Below are positions 1 through 13,026 of a DNA stretch of 64,000 nt, piece by piece. Below the pieces are notes generated by a model, which worked only from the letters and a program-made list of their open reading frames with translations, was not told the origin of the DNA and searched no databases. This DNA is from Obrimoposthia wandeli (lineage: Eukaryota), in NCBI GenBank assembly GCA_977020255.1, contig CDROCS010000480.1, positions 744,001-808,000 of the forward strand. The letters are read 5' to 3'. The position numbers were made by a program, and so were the translations under genes. Within the stretch, counting starts at the first letter, position 1; each line of letters opens with the position of its first letter.

Positions 1-641
1 TTGACGTAGAAGAGATCCCGGGCTTCATTGGTTGGTCACCAAATGGCCAACCACTCATAAAGACTGGCAGTGAGTCCTTCACACGGATGCACAAACAAGT
101 CCTCATTAGGGCTACATAAGAAAGGAATGGGATGGGTTCTAACTTCTTTTTAGAGTTTTGGAGATCTTAAAACTTTATATAGAATAATATTTTTTTTAAA
201 TCTTTAGCTACTTTCAACTAAAAGTAGCAAACTATCTACTAATTAGAAATTCATTTCTTTTTTCTTTTCTAATTTCATTTAAATACTCATCAAAATAAGA
301 AGTATACAATTTACTAAACTTTATCAAAATACATTTTATTTCACATTGTATTTTAACACATCAATAAAATCAATTGGATAGAAAAGACTATAAAAGATAA
401 ATTTTTTAGCTACATTTTATTATTTTAAAAAATTGATTTTACAGAAATGAAGAGGCTATTGGCACTAATATAGAAAAATTTAAAGAAAGGAGACCTGAGC
501 AAGTTTTATTTTAGTTAAGATAAACTGAAAATTGTGAAATTTGAGTTTATTTTAGATAAGTAACGATTTGTTGCAAAGAGAATATATAGATAATCACGCT
601 ATTTGCAGATTTTTTTGTGAATATTTGTTCGAGCCCTCAAG

Positions 642-1950
642 ATGTCGTACCCAAATCAAGCAGATACAGAATACGGGCTGAATTTGTTAGGAGACCAGAT
701 CAAGGAGCCATATAAGCCAGCCTACGTCGTTTGTTCCGAAATAGTCGACGACGACAAGAAGATTGCAGAATTTCCATACGACAGTGAAAGCTCTGTGCCC
801 GTGTTCTTTTCAAACACTGGAGGCTACCAACTTAGAACCAGATCGGTCGACTACGTCCACGCCCAACACAAGCAACCACGAATGCAGCCGGAGCCCGAGC
901 CCACGCTCAGTGAGGTCACGCAGCGGCTTGATCGGATGGAAACATCCAATAGAATAGCCCGAACAGAACGCGAACCACCAGTGCATCGGAACGAGCAACG
1001 CCAACAGTATTCCGGGCCACAAAAAACCGAATTTTTCGAGCTGGAAAATCACGAGGTACTCTCAAAACTTCTCCTCGAAAACGATAAGAGATCGTGGCAC
1101 GAGTAATATGCTCCAGCTCGGGAGAACAACGCCGTCGAAGAGCATATCGCCGATTGCGTTGCAATGCTATACATCGGCTGGGCTGCAACAGAGGCCCGAT
1201 TCTCAAATTTCATGAGAATTGCTTCCATTCCGCCCGAGGAGATTGCTCAATATTAGGCACACAAGACAGCCAACTCTAGAGGACGATCGAATACACGTGG
1301 TCGGGGTAGCTTCACGAGACGAGGCTGTGGATGCCCGCCAGTTCTTAGAGGCGCTTGTGGCCCACAGTAATCCCTTCGATATGCACTGGTGGAATGATTA
1401 CATGCTGATCAAGATCATGTCAGCCGACGTGTACAATCAGAGATCTCTGCCAGTGCTAACAAGTCAAGCGAATGAAGGTTAGTTTCAGTCGACATCAGCT
1501 AATGCGTTGCCGCAAGCCGGACAAGACGATATCCTTGCCATAACAGAATCTGCGCACCAGCCCACTGAGGATGATAACGTAGCCATTTTTTACAATGACT
1601 CCAGTGGCTGACAGGAACTTAGAAAACAACAACAGAAGATCAAACAACCAGATCAACCTAACCTAGTTGAAAATTATGCCAACGACAGCCTTTTAAATGC
1701 CTAAAGATTACAGTGATGTGGATCGGGACGGCCGCATACAAACTATGGCAAGCAAAGGATATGATCCGTATGCCATGACAAAAGCATTGAGACAACGTAA
1801 AAGGAAATGTATTGAGACAACGTAAAAGGAAATATATTGAACCCTAAGAGAGGTTTCATATCAGTGCCTGCGTCGAAGCTCTGTTACAAGCTGGTATCAT
1901 TGAAAAGTCAACGAAAGGTCCTTTCTGTTCTCAAGTGAGAATGGTTCCAA
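642..1950 (+). mobile_element. Decayed Ty3/gypsy-like LTR retrotransposon fragment (gag-like region plus start of RT)
   Basis: Broken ORFs give a gag-like RGRSNTRGRG stretch (~1280-1320) and LLQAGIIEKST-KGPFCSQVRMVP (~1885-1950), which resembles the gypsy RT start GIIExSxSPWxSPVVLVP. Many stops and frameshifts. Confidence 0.5.
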
Positions 1951-3461
1951 TCATGTAGTCTCATAGAGATGTGCATCCTATCTTGAGCCACATCTTCTTC
2001 GCGAGCTCATTTTGATTGTCTGTGATTTCTGCTTTCCATTTAGGTGATAGACTGGTAATGTTTCTGAGAGCAGTCTCTGATATCGACATATCGTAGAGAA
2101 ATATCCATTCTCCTCATATGAGAGGAGGCGGGAATACTGTCTTTGTTCTAGGTATATCTGCAACATTTTTCACTAGTTGATCGAGGCTAGCATTCAGGAA
2201 CTGCAGCAAATAGATAAATTTGATGATAATTCCCTCGAAGCGCACAATCATTGCCTGGAACTTCTCGCTAGTTTGGGAAATGACATCTATTGACTAATGC
2301 GGGAATTTTCTCAATGCATGCTTCAGAATATGCTGCATTTCATATCCTCTCAGGTTATGAAAAACGACTGGGATAACATGACTTATCTGACGATATAAAT
2401 TACACGTAGATTGAGCATCACCTAAGAATTCTCTGCTTATATGATCATGATCCCTAACCTTACTGATACAGCGTTTCTTGCAGAGATAACAAGTAGTTGC
2501 ATCATTTTAGCTGGCCTGCTGCACTGGTGTTAGCTGCCATATAACTGCTTGAGCGTGTTGGCTGTACCACGGAAGAACAGTTTCCTTTGCAATTCTTTCG
2601 ATATTCCTTAGATAATCTACTACACAATTTTCTCCAGTAAAAAAAAGTAAATTTGCGTTGGAGCAGCCTTGATAGAAGATATCAGTATACCTGTCGCTAT
2701 TGGGAGATGCTGCTGATGAATCCCATGATTTCCTAAAGGCAAATTCACTAATGGAAAGTTCAGAGTTTTTTCCTCTCAAAGCGTGGAATATTACTTAATT
2801 TCATAGGCATATCACTTTCATCATAATGCAATTCAGACAAGAAAGGGGCATACCCTTGCGGTCTATGCCTATTTCTAGGAAATAAATCACATTTCAAAAT
2901 AGCTAAACTACTAAAAACGAAACATAAATTATTTCCATTATTCCTAACATTAATTAACGCATTAGCAATCCCTTTCGGCGAAGGAATGTACGAGTGCCCT
3001 TGCAGGTAATTAATTTCAGTAGTCTTAGTAACTGTGAAATAAATCTCTAGTAACTTATCCACCGACCAGTTACTACTGCGCTCTGAATACTGCTCCAGTT
3101 TCGAAGTCAGTAACGCGGACCCATCTTTAAGAAACGCTGGAGAAAAAGAAATTGCCCTTTTGGATACAACTCATTGCTTTGTATCAGTTCCATACGAGAA
3201 CTGTACCTTAGCCCCAAACTGAATTTTACAGGTTTCAAACTGATCTACCACCTCTCTTAAGGCATCCAGAAGATCCTGAGGAACTATAACATTCACCAAA
3301 TCCTTATTTCCCACATCTAATGAAAGTGAGCAATAAATTCCATTCAATCCCCACTTCTTGACCACATCCCCAATCCTTTCCTGCTTCCCTAACACTCCAA
3401 CTAACGGCATATTCCGATTCCTAACACCGGCAGATGTAAACATCCTCGCTAAACTTGACAT
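1950..3461 (-). pseudogene. Protein-primed family B DNA polymerase (pPolB), N-terminal and exonuclease part, disrupted and 3'-truncated
   Basis: GHSYIPSPKG..INVRNNGNNLCF; VRDHDHISREFLG (endonuclease VII-like motif, ~2400-2460); MQHILKHALRKF..VISQTSEKF..IKFI. Colinear with 38155-40060. Confidence 0.85.
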
Positions 3462-3490
3462 AGGTGGGCGGGAACCACCGACGGTGTTAC

Positions 3491-3943
3491 TTAACGAAGT
3501 AGACCTGACACTAAACTAGGCATATGTGGGCCGGAACCACCGACGGTACTACTTAATGAAGTAGATACTGCTACAGAGCTAGGCATACCAACAGCAGATG
3601 TCGAAGCAGCAGCAGCAACTGATGTCGAAATGGTAGTAGAAGCCCAAGAAGATTGGGCATATATGAGATGCTGCTTTGCGGACATTTCCGGAAAATCAAC
3701 AATTTCCCAATTTTCTGGAAGGGGGCTAAATGATGGCGATGACTGTCGCAGAAACGTATTCAGTCTACTTCTTTACTTGTTTGGCAGATTGGGCATATGA
3801 AAAACTCATGGCCATTGAATTTCTTCTTGAAATATTCCTCCATTCTTCTTCGGCAATTTAAATTTCTGACTGCAAAGCATAATTTCCTGTTCATATTGCA
3901 GTTCTAAAAATAAAATTAATCAAAAATCAAAAAATCTTATCAT
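3491..3943 (-). pseudogene. Cys/His-rich (putative Zn-binding) ORF plus Ser/Ala-rich linker upstream of pPolB
   Basis: NCNMNRKLC..CRRRMEEYFKKKFNGHEFFICPIC..HRHHL is homologous to 37232-37573 (TCNLFPAYC..YYRKKSHGLPFFVCPFC..HRDHL). A ~62-bp imperfect duplication lies at 3463-3570. Confidence 0.6.
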
Positions 3944-4119
3944 TTTTGATATTGTTTATAAAAGGGGGTTATCAAATGGATTATGCTTCCTTATATACTA
4001 TTTTCAACGTAGTATCAAGCCAATGAGATTGATTCAAAACTCTCAATTCAATCAGTAAATTTGTATTGAAAACAGTGATTTTACTTGTAAGTAGTATATT
4101 TTTCTTTAATATTGCTTTT

Positions 4120-4611
4120 TCTATTTAAAGTAGTTTAAATAATCCAAACTAGCCGCAAAGCATTTCTTGTACGCACAATGCTCCCCGTGCTCAATATATG
4201 GACAACTAATATTTGGTGGAATGGAGTATAACTGTTTCAGCGTTTTAGAGTAATTTATGACTCTAAATTCAGTAAACATTTAGTTATTGTCTTTATTTTA
4301 GCCCCATCATATTCATCCAAAACAAAAATAATTGATTTGGATGCATTACATCGACTTTTAATTTCTTCACTTATTTCTCTATTCCTAAAATAACTATTCC
4401 CATCATCAAGATTTGATCAATGATGATGCTTAATGAGATATATATTTATTTTTCTAGATTTTCTACTCATCATACTCCATATGGGGTACATTTTAAAAAC
4501 ATATTGCTCAGGAAATAAAATATTATCCACATTCATTATGCACAACTCCTTCATAAGTAATTCATTATTTGATCCAACGAAAGCTTCAAAATCAATAAAA
4601 TAAATAGACAT
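4120..4611 (-). pseudogene. Polinton accessory gene, DEDD-exonuclease-like
   Basis: N-terminal IDFEAF (DxE motif) and C-terminal CPYIEHGEHCAYKKC. Homologous to 36457-36950 (IDFEAF..CPYRDHGDHCAYKKC). Confidence 0.6.
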
Positions 4612-4679
4612 TTTTAATCAATTTGTTTTATTTAAGATTGTTTATATACCTTGTTTATGCTTTAACCATAATAGACAGA

Positions 4680-4985
4680 GTTGTCCACATGTCCGTATTA
4701 AAGCATTCTGATAATATTTCTTACTAAAATTAATTTCTTTCCAGAGTCAAGTACTGTAGATACTAATTTAGATGGGTAATATACCCCAAAGGGATCAAAA
4801 ACAAATATTTCTTTTTCTTTAACATGTATTGCAATCCAATGTTCTCCACGCAAATTAGATGAATGTGTATTGATTACATATTCACCTTGACGAGTCAATG
4901 AGGGGATACGATCAAGACTATAGACTCCATTGAAACGTGATCCTAGTAGTTTTCTCCCGCTTTTTGTTATATCGAGCAAACTAGA
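4680..4985 (-). pseudogene. Adenain-like maturation cysteine protease (PRO)
   Basis: FNGVYSLDRIP..YVINTHSSNLRGEHWIAI..VFDPFG, the Polinton/adenovirus protease signature. Confidence 0.9.
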
Positions 4986-5049
4986 TTGTATGTTAATTGA
5001 TTATTTCAAACAAACTTACTTCATTTATGTCTTCTTGCTGTCATCATTA

Positions 5050-5735
5050 TGTTAATAGGATAACAAGCATTCTACTTATCCAACCCCATTCTATGTCCAA
5101 TGAGTACAGATGGTTCCACCTTTACTCTACGAACCAGTAACTTTGCTTCCGTAATCTAAAATGCTGTTTTAATAGCATCAGTGCTAACAACGCTATAACT
5201 TACTGAATCTCTCTTCATTCGTATATGTACACTTATATCAGGTAAAATATACTTTGGCTGCTTAAAGAAATTCAAATAGAGACTCCCACAAAGTGACAAT
5301 TTTTTATTTTGCAATCCAAGCTTTTCATCAAACCCAAATGCATCAAGATTAATCAATTTCGTTTCATTACCGTAATTCAGTAATGATTCAATCATCGCCT
5401 TATGGGTGTAACTAGTATTATTTTCCTCAACATTCACATTATTGAGACTGAGAATCACATCCTTGAAAAGAGTATAAAACATGAAACCAGATTTTGATAT
5501 CCATAGCATCATCCAGATCACCTCCCTCCTTTGTAACTTTCAATTTAACAAGCAATAAACTATCATTCAAATCAAGATATTGAGTATTGGATACATTTAT
5601 ATTGAATTCCAAATCAGGAGAAGATGTACCGCTAACCGCATTTGTCGGAAACGTTTTCTCAAAACCTGCACCATCAACCACCACCTGAGGTATAGCTTTA
5701 TCAAATATACACAATTCAGTTTTAGCACAACTCAT
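5050..5735 (-). pseudogene. Major capsid protein (double jelly-roll, PY), C-terminal half deleted
   Basis: MSCAKTELCIFDK..DLEFNINVSNTQYLDLNDSLL; homology to 41117-42348 stops after NACYPI (~5050). Confidence 0.88.
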
Positions 5736-5738
5736 TAC

Positions 5739-6097
5739 TTAAAAATTGTTTCACCTGGTTTCAGACGTTTGTTTATACCTAAGACTTTAGAAGTTTTCTT
5801 ATGTTTATAACCACTTATTTTTTTAGTTTTCTTTATCAAATATTTAACTAAATTGGGCGAAATTTCATTCACCTCGTCAAAGGCTGCACCTTTGAGCGTT
5901 GGAAGTAATTTCTAATCACCGGATAAGTATTTTGATCCGGCATTACCCATAAATTTCCCAAGTCGCTGGAGTAGAGGGAAAGCAAAACGTCTAAAAACTT
6001 TCATCCATCCAGATTCATACTATTTTTTGTCAAAATAAGGCAAATCACCTCCTTGCATAGATTTACTATACGCATTCATTATACTTAAATCAATCAT
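5739..6097 (-). pseudogene. Conserved Polinton core-like basic protein
   Basis: AYSKSMQGGDLPYF..YESGWMKVFRRFAFPLLQRLG; homologous to 42399-42722; one in-frame stop. Confidence 0.75.
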
Positions 6098-7115
6098 AAT
6101 TTCGATAATAAACTGTTAAACTTGTTTTAGCTCCGTAAACAAATGTAATTAATTTTCTAGAATCATTGCGTATGTTAACTTCAATATTGTTTATAGAAAA
6201 AGAATTCACTGGAATATACATTGGATTTCCAAATGAGATATGTATTATATCCCCATATTTGTGCTTTTCCTGCTGGATCCAAATTGCTTTTATTAATGGA
6301 AGTTTAGTTCTTCCTACGAATATTGGTTCAGTAATACTCGTGTAAATATAAATCTGGTTATATGCATTAGTTATTTTAGGAATAATCTTTGCTTTGAAAA
6401 CAATATTTTTATTTTCAAATTCATTTTCATAAAAACCGAAAATTGTGGCTAATAATTTATCCATGATAAATTTATCAATATTTCCTTTCAATTTGAATTG
6501 AATCAATTTATTGACTAGTTTAAAGTTTTCAAATACATTTGGTAACATGGTTTTAAAACGTTTACACATTCTTTCACTATCTGGAAAAAGAAAATAAATG
6601 GGAACGGAATATATTTTCCTCTCGCGTTTAGTGATTTTGTTTTTTATCTTGAAAGTAAGTATTGGATAATTAGTATGATTATCCATAATTCCTGAAACCA
6701 CAAATTTTCCTTCATTAGGTTTAATAGGAAATCCATATTGTTCCGCAATAATGCTATCATTATAAACTATTTCAAAATTATCTTCTTGTCCCGCAATTTG
6801 AATTAGATTCTCTTTATTTAAAAAGATTGTGAAATTATCCCCTGGCTTAATACGGCTCAAATTCATTTGTCCCAAATAAAATAGTAAAGTCAGATTAGTT
6901 ACTTTCTCAACTTCTTGTTGAGTAATATATTCAATCTCAATTCCACTTTGATTTGATAGATGTGAGTAATTGAAAGAAAATTCAGTAAGAGCAGCCTTCC
7001 ATCAACCAGGTAAATTGAGTGAGCTCTGATAATCAATACTAAAAGGATTTGCAGTATTATTAGGTTGAGTTAAAAGAGATCCGTTAGTCGGTAATACAAC
7101 ATACATCGAATTCAT
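6090..7115 (-). pseudogene. Minor capsid / penton (single jelly-roll, PX)
   Basis: N-terminus MYVVLPTN..LNLPG*WKAALTEFSF; C-terminus IYIYTSITEPIFVG..YIPV..IEVNIRNDS. Confidence 0.85.
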
Positions 7116-8140
7116 TATATTTGAGAAGCTAATATCCAAATAGGTTTGATATATCCATGCAACTTAACTCGATATTGTTTATGCTTTCCCTGCCCTTTTG
7201 TCTCTAAGATTTCCTGAATTCTATATACATTCGGTTTTTCGGGTAAGACTTGTAATTCTTCATGATAAAATTTACCGGTGATTTCATTATTGGTTTCATC
7301 CTCAATGAAATACATTACTGGAGCATGTTTTTTATTGATTTAATTTATACGAAATACTTCATCACTCCAATTCTCTTTGAAATTCTTTATAAAAGGAGTA
7401 GTACTAATTTGAGATATACGTAACTAATCCCCAATTTTATACTTGGGTTTCTTTACAACTTTACTCTAATTACGACGTTGCCAAATTTTCATAGCATTTT
7501 CATCCGTAACATCTACAGGTCTCTTCTCATCAAATAATGAGTACTCACTATGGTTGTATGCATTAATTATTTTCGTAAAACGTCGACCCCGATCTTATTT
7601 TCCTGCTTAGTGAAATACCTTTTTAGTTGATCTCTCAATGTCCGATTAAAATGTTCAACTAAGGCGGCTTTATATAGGGAAAACACTGAGTAATGATTAA
7701 TATTTTTGTTTTTTCAATAAAGCACCAACATGTTTATTACAAAACTCCTTTCCACTATCCGTTTGGAAATTTATTGGTTTTATTTCTTTAATCATTTGCT
7801 TTATTGCCTCTAAGACATCCGTACCGGATTTAGACTTTAAGGGAATAGCTCGCGCAAATCTACTAAAGACATCAAATCAAGTTAAAATGTATCTATATAC
7901 ATCGTTAATACTCGCATATGGAATCATTTCCATCAAATCTGCTTGCCATAAATCATTCGGCCCGCTTGTCCTTTATGATCTCTTTAGAAACCGGCGTATC
8001 ATCGGTTTGTTTAAGCTGTAAGCTAATTGATTTTTCAACCATGCCTGAGTTTCCTTTTTCCCTTTCCTCACCTATTTTGCCAATTTTAAAACTCCGGTGT
8101 AACCAACGAGATGACTTGGATCGAACCATACTTTCTCCAT
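7115..8140 (-). pseudogene. Retroviral-like (RVE) c-integrase with C-terminal chromodomain
   Basis: MEKVWFDPSHLVGYTG start; VEHFNRTLR..RYFT; C-terminus FYHEELQ..YRIQEILETK..QYRVKLHGY..WI. Several stops. Confidence 0.9.
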
Positions 8141-8514
8141 CAAAACAAGATGATTTGATTGTTATATTTAATTTAGAAATAGTTCGAAGTGATCCCATAA
8201 AATTACATTACATCCTTTTATTAATCTGCTAGCAATATTAATCTGTGTGTTCCCATGGCAACCAGATCTCCTGAGTAAGTCAAGGTAATTTTAAGGTAAT
8301 TTTAAGGTAATTTGAAAATAATTATTTTGTTTAAACGCGTCAAGGTCATTTTTGTTTAAACGCATCAATATTTGATCGTGCCAAATTCAAATTTTCAAGG
8401 GCAACAATTCAACAAAAAAATTGTAAAACTTATTTAAAGAAATTTTAACTACTTTTATTTGAGAGTATAAAAAGTTTTATAAATTGTTAAACTGCATTTT
8501 TTATTTTTTAAAAC

Positions 8515-8660
8515 TTACGAGATTTTCCTAACTACCACGAGATTATCCTAACTTCCACGTTATTTTCCTTCTTAAACCTCTTGACTTCCATGAGAATTCC
8601 CTGACTTCAATGAGATTACCCTAACTACCATGAGATTTTCCTAACATCCACGAAATTAAC
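8515..8660 (+). repeat. Degenerate ~21-bp tandem repeat (ttcctaactaccatgagatt-like)
   Basis: About 6-7 imperfect units next to the left inverted repeat. Confidence 0.7.
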
Positions 8661-8799
8661 ATCTTATCATCTTAAATGACTTATAATAATCAAAATCCTT
8701 AGTTCCCCTTTATACGGGGCTATCTTCTATGTATGAAATCTACCCTACATATGGAGGAATCCGAGGGTACTTCTTTGGATAATGAGTTAAATGTCCAAT

Positions 8800-11290
8800 G
8801 AGATCACCCTAGAACCTTCTAAATATATCAAATTGGATGAACATATTATTAATTTCCCCTCTAGAAGTACTTAAATATCGATGATTTCCGAGGATAACAT
8901 ATATTTCTATTATAGAATCACTTAAATATCATGAAATTTCTAGATATATCAAAAATGTTTCTTCTAGAAATACCTAAATATCCCTAATTTCTCTTCTATA
9001 GCTTCTTGCAAGCAAAATGATTAAAGCAGTCTTCTTTGTATAATAAAGTCTTCCAATATTATTTTCTAAGATTTTCAAGTATATCATGTAATTCATTTGG
9101 GATACTTTCATCTACTTCCATCCAATTGATCTGAATAAATCTCCGTCCGGTGAAAATTGGAGTTATCAAAATATATTCACCCTCAAAGTTAGTAATGTTG
9201 GTCGATAAATTTCCTTCAATCTGTGAATACCTGCTTCAAGAAGACTATGATAATATCTTACTTGGAATATGGATGATATTAATAGATTATATCATCAGTG
9301 GTTCTCTTGTTGTAAAGTCATCTGCTGGGTACATTCAATAAATCAATCTAAGATACTCATACTTTAACCACCATATTGATTACATTTTGCTGGAAGTTAT
9401 TGATTGGAGAACATACACAAATATCATCATATGGACTAAATTTCGTTAAGACTAATAAACTAAATCAAATACATACTCCATCAATGTATGCTGATCCCTA
9501 AATTTCTCTAATCAATTAAAGAATTCCAATCAATGCTCAGAAATATCACTAAATATCACATAATGTCTCCTTTAGAACGTCCTAAATATCATAGATTTCC
9601 TAGACATGTCATTAATTTAAATTTTAGAACGTCCTAAATATCGTAAATTCCCTGACCATATTGTCTCCTCTGGAACTTGCTAAATGTCGTTAATTTCCTG
9701 AATATATCAATTATTTATCTTCTAGAAGCATCCAAATATTACAACTTTCCATCAAATATCGATATAAACCTATCAATAAATTACTTTAGCACCGGTTTAG
9801 CCATTTTCCTATAATTCATAATAATTTCTAACTCATAAATTTCGGAGACTCGTTATTTAGCAGACATTAGATATAACTTATTGGCTTCAGTGGGAATGCA
9901 TTTATATAAAAAATATCAAATAAATACAGAATATTTAGATATAACTGATACTTCAACGGTCTTGGATCAATTTCAGAGTTATACTATAAATCAATTAACA
10001 AGTATGTGGATATGCTACTTCAAATTACCCTAACAGGTAGACTGCTAATACTCGAAAATTAGTCTGATTATCTTTACCTAAATTACTGCGACTTAATAGT
10101 GGAACTATGACAGAGGGTGTTACAGCTAAATTATTGATTCGAAACATGTATCCCATCTTTATGATAGAAATACCGATAAGGATATATATTTGGGTAATGT
10201 TGTCTTAGAATAATACAAATCTCGTAATATCTCCTCTAAGAAGAGAATAATAGTATGGAGGTTAAGAAGAGGATAATTTCATGGTGGTTGACGGATTAAG
10301 TAGAAGAAAATTAGCTAATCATCTACGCTTAAACCTAAATATCATAAATTTCCTGAACACCTTGTTAATTTATATTACCCGTATCTTCTGAATATCATAC
10401 ATTTCCTGAATTCACTTCTTAACCGTATACGTATCATCAATTTCTCTTCTAGAAACAACTAGGTAATATTCCCTCCAAATCGTGAATTTGTCTTCTATAT
10501 CATTTCCTCTTCTGAAACATCTTAAATCACTCTCTGAACCCCTTTACAGGTTATATTTTCTATTCTAAAACAAGCACCCTTGATAAATTCTCCTTTAAAC
10601 CCATTTTAAGCCCACATTTTTCTCTTCTGAAAGCAATACTCTCGTTAAATCTTCTAAATATCACAAATTTCCGTTTCCCATATCCTCTAAACATTATAAA
10701 TTTCCTGAAATTACTTCGTAACCAAGAAAATATCTTAAATTTATCTTCCAGAACCATCCGGCTAACATCACCTCTGAACAAATACTTTGTCTTCTATGAT
10801 ATTTTCCCTTCTAAAGTCCTTCTAAAGTCCTTCTAATTTATTAATATTTATGCTTGAATTTGCTTTTAAAACCCTATAATTTCTTTTCATAAACCACCAC
10901 CCTGTTTAATCTTTGAAATATCATAAATTTCCTGAATACCTCGTAAAATAACACAAATTTCCTGAACATTTCGTAAATTTCTTCTAAGATGGTCTTATGC
11001 TTATTCTTTTAGAATCCTCTAAATATCATAAATGGTATGGATATCTAGTTAAAATGTCTTCCAAACAATCTAATATTACAAATCCCATATACATGATATT
11101 TATTCCTTCTCTATACATTTCCTTATTCTAAATCAGCTTATATGATAAACATCATACATACTTATTAATTTCCTCTAAACTTTCGTAATAATCATTAATA
11201 TTACCTCTAAACCATCTTAATATCACTAAATAATCCCTCTCAGGGAATTCTCTTCTATAAACACCTTGTTAATTTCCCTATCTGAACATA
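8800..11290 (+). repeat. Degenerate ~50-55-bp repeats, probably a decayed repeat-protein gene
   Basis: Recurrent cttctagaa..ctaaatatcat..tttcct units translate as PLExPKYHxFP on +, interspersed with non-repeat coding-like stretches. Confidence 0.55.
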
Positions 11291-12647
11291 TATGAATCAA
11301 TACATAATATATGTATTTATCTGTATATTTTAAAATTATATTATTTATATCAGTAATTTAAGTAACTAATAAAATTTATTGACTATTATAATTTAATAAA
11401 TATTTCCAATTATATTATTAGTAATTTAAGTAACTAATAAAAATATAAAATTAATTTAAAAATTATTGATTTTGTTTTAAATAATTAATTTTGAAAATAA
11501 TCAAATATAAATTTGAAAATTCAATATGGCGATTATTTTTTATTAATAATGAATTGATTTCAGATTGCAAGTAAGTTTTTATTAATTGTCTTGTAAATAA
11601 TTATTTTTAGATGAGGATGATGAAGAAGATGAATATTATATACTGGATTGTGATGAAGACAAGATGAGGGATTATAATAAAGGATTGCAATGATGAGATG
11701 AATATTATGATGAAGATAAGATAACGGATTGGGATAATGAAGGATGAAGGTATGATGAGTGATTGCGATGATGGATTACATTAATGAGATAAAGATGGTG
11801 AAATGAAATAATGAATTGATGTCAGATTCCAGGTAAGTTTGTAATAATTATTTTGTAAATAATTATTTTTAGATGAGGATGATGAAGAAGATGGAGAATT
11901 GTAATAATGCAGATTAGATGCTGGATTATGACAAAGACAACATGGAGCTGAAGGATTGCATTGATGAGAAGAAGGATTGTGATAATGAAAATTATGATGG
12001 ATCGGATTAATGAAGATTATGATATTGTGAAGATATGATTGTGTATGATAACAATGTAAGATAATGAAGGTTTAATTAAATTAAAATTATTCTTTACTAT
12101 CTCTCTTTATCTCTATTTACTTGTGTTAATTAACTCATAAGTTTAAAAATGTACTTTTTCAAGTTATGTGTAATAAATACCTTAAGATTACAAAAACATT
12201 TTCTACTCACAGATAAAAGTAGATTCAATTACACAAAATAAGTTTTAAAAATAAAAAAATAAGTTTAACAATTTATAAAACTTTTTCTACTCTGAAATAA
12301 AAGTAGTTGAACTTTTTTTAAATAAGTTTTACAATTTAAAAAAAAATGGTTTTGAAAATTTGTATTTGGCGCGCGCAAATATGATGCGTTTAAACAAAAA
12401 AGACCTTGACGCGTTTTAACAAAATAATGATTTTCAAATGACCTTGACGTATTCGGGAATATTGGTTGTCATGTTTATACACACATACACCAACACGTTT
12501 CCATTGCAACGCCGACGTACTTGGGAGAATTTCCCCCTCCTCTCCTCTCTCTCCGTCCCCCGTGGGGTACCTTTTCCCTTGAGTCGAAGTCATCACATCT
12601 CCCTACTACTATACAAATAAAATCTGATTGGATGATGGAAGGATCAT

Positions 12648-13026
12648 AAGGAATACAATTTTTGTATTATAATGATTAAAAATACTACGTTTAGCTTTAA
12701 CAAGATGCCAGGCAGTGCTAACGCCCATTGAAAGAGATAAAATACAATAACAATACAAACAGCGTGTAAACTACCATAATGACCACATACTAGAACATTC
12801 CCTCCATTTTGATGGTTTCTTTAATTATATTATTAGTCTGTTTATAATATTACAATAATGTTTCTCCTAATTTCGTATTTACAAAGATTGATGTATACTT
12901 TAATTCTTTATAAGTTATCTTATCCACTGGAGATAAATTGATTACATGTGTGAATTCTGATTTTAGAGACTCAACCGCATCGTGATAATTTCCAATATAT
13001 AATTGATTTACTAAAATCTCGCTCAT
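12648..13026 (-). pseudogene. Dual-specificity phosphatase-fold (VH1/STYX-like) gene of element A
   Basis: MSEILVNQLYIGNYHDA..FTHVINLS..YYKQTNNIIKETIKMEG/NVLVCGHYGSLHAVCIVIVFYL/SMGVSTAWHLVKAKRSI. One stop, two frameshifts. Confidence 0.75.

Larger units (their letters stand above)
8245..12610. mobile_element. Polinton-TIR-bounded cassette (non-autonomous derivative) inside element A
   Basis: 8245-8493 is the reverse complement of ~12262-12500. The right copy runs on to a Polinton-type terminus catctccctACTACT at 12610. The outer part of the left repeat is missing, so no TSD can be checked. Confidence 0.7.

Noticed and set aside
1219-1482. KH-domain-like reading of this ORF
   Set aside because: No GxxG motif; an overlapping frame gives a gag-like RG-rich sequence that fits the context better.
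7918-8232. ORFs 7918-8232 (+) and 7953-8198 (-)
   Set aside because: Shadow or off-frame readings of the integrase 5' end.
8800-11290. TGA=Trp alternative code on the minus-strand repeat
   Set aside because: The + frame reads the same units with few stops, and MGAT1 uses TGG for Trp; no support for recoding.
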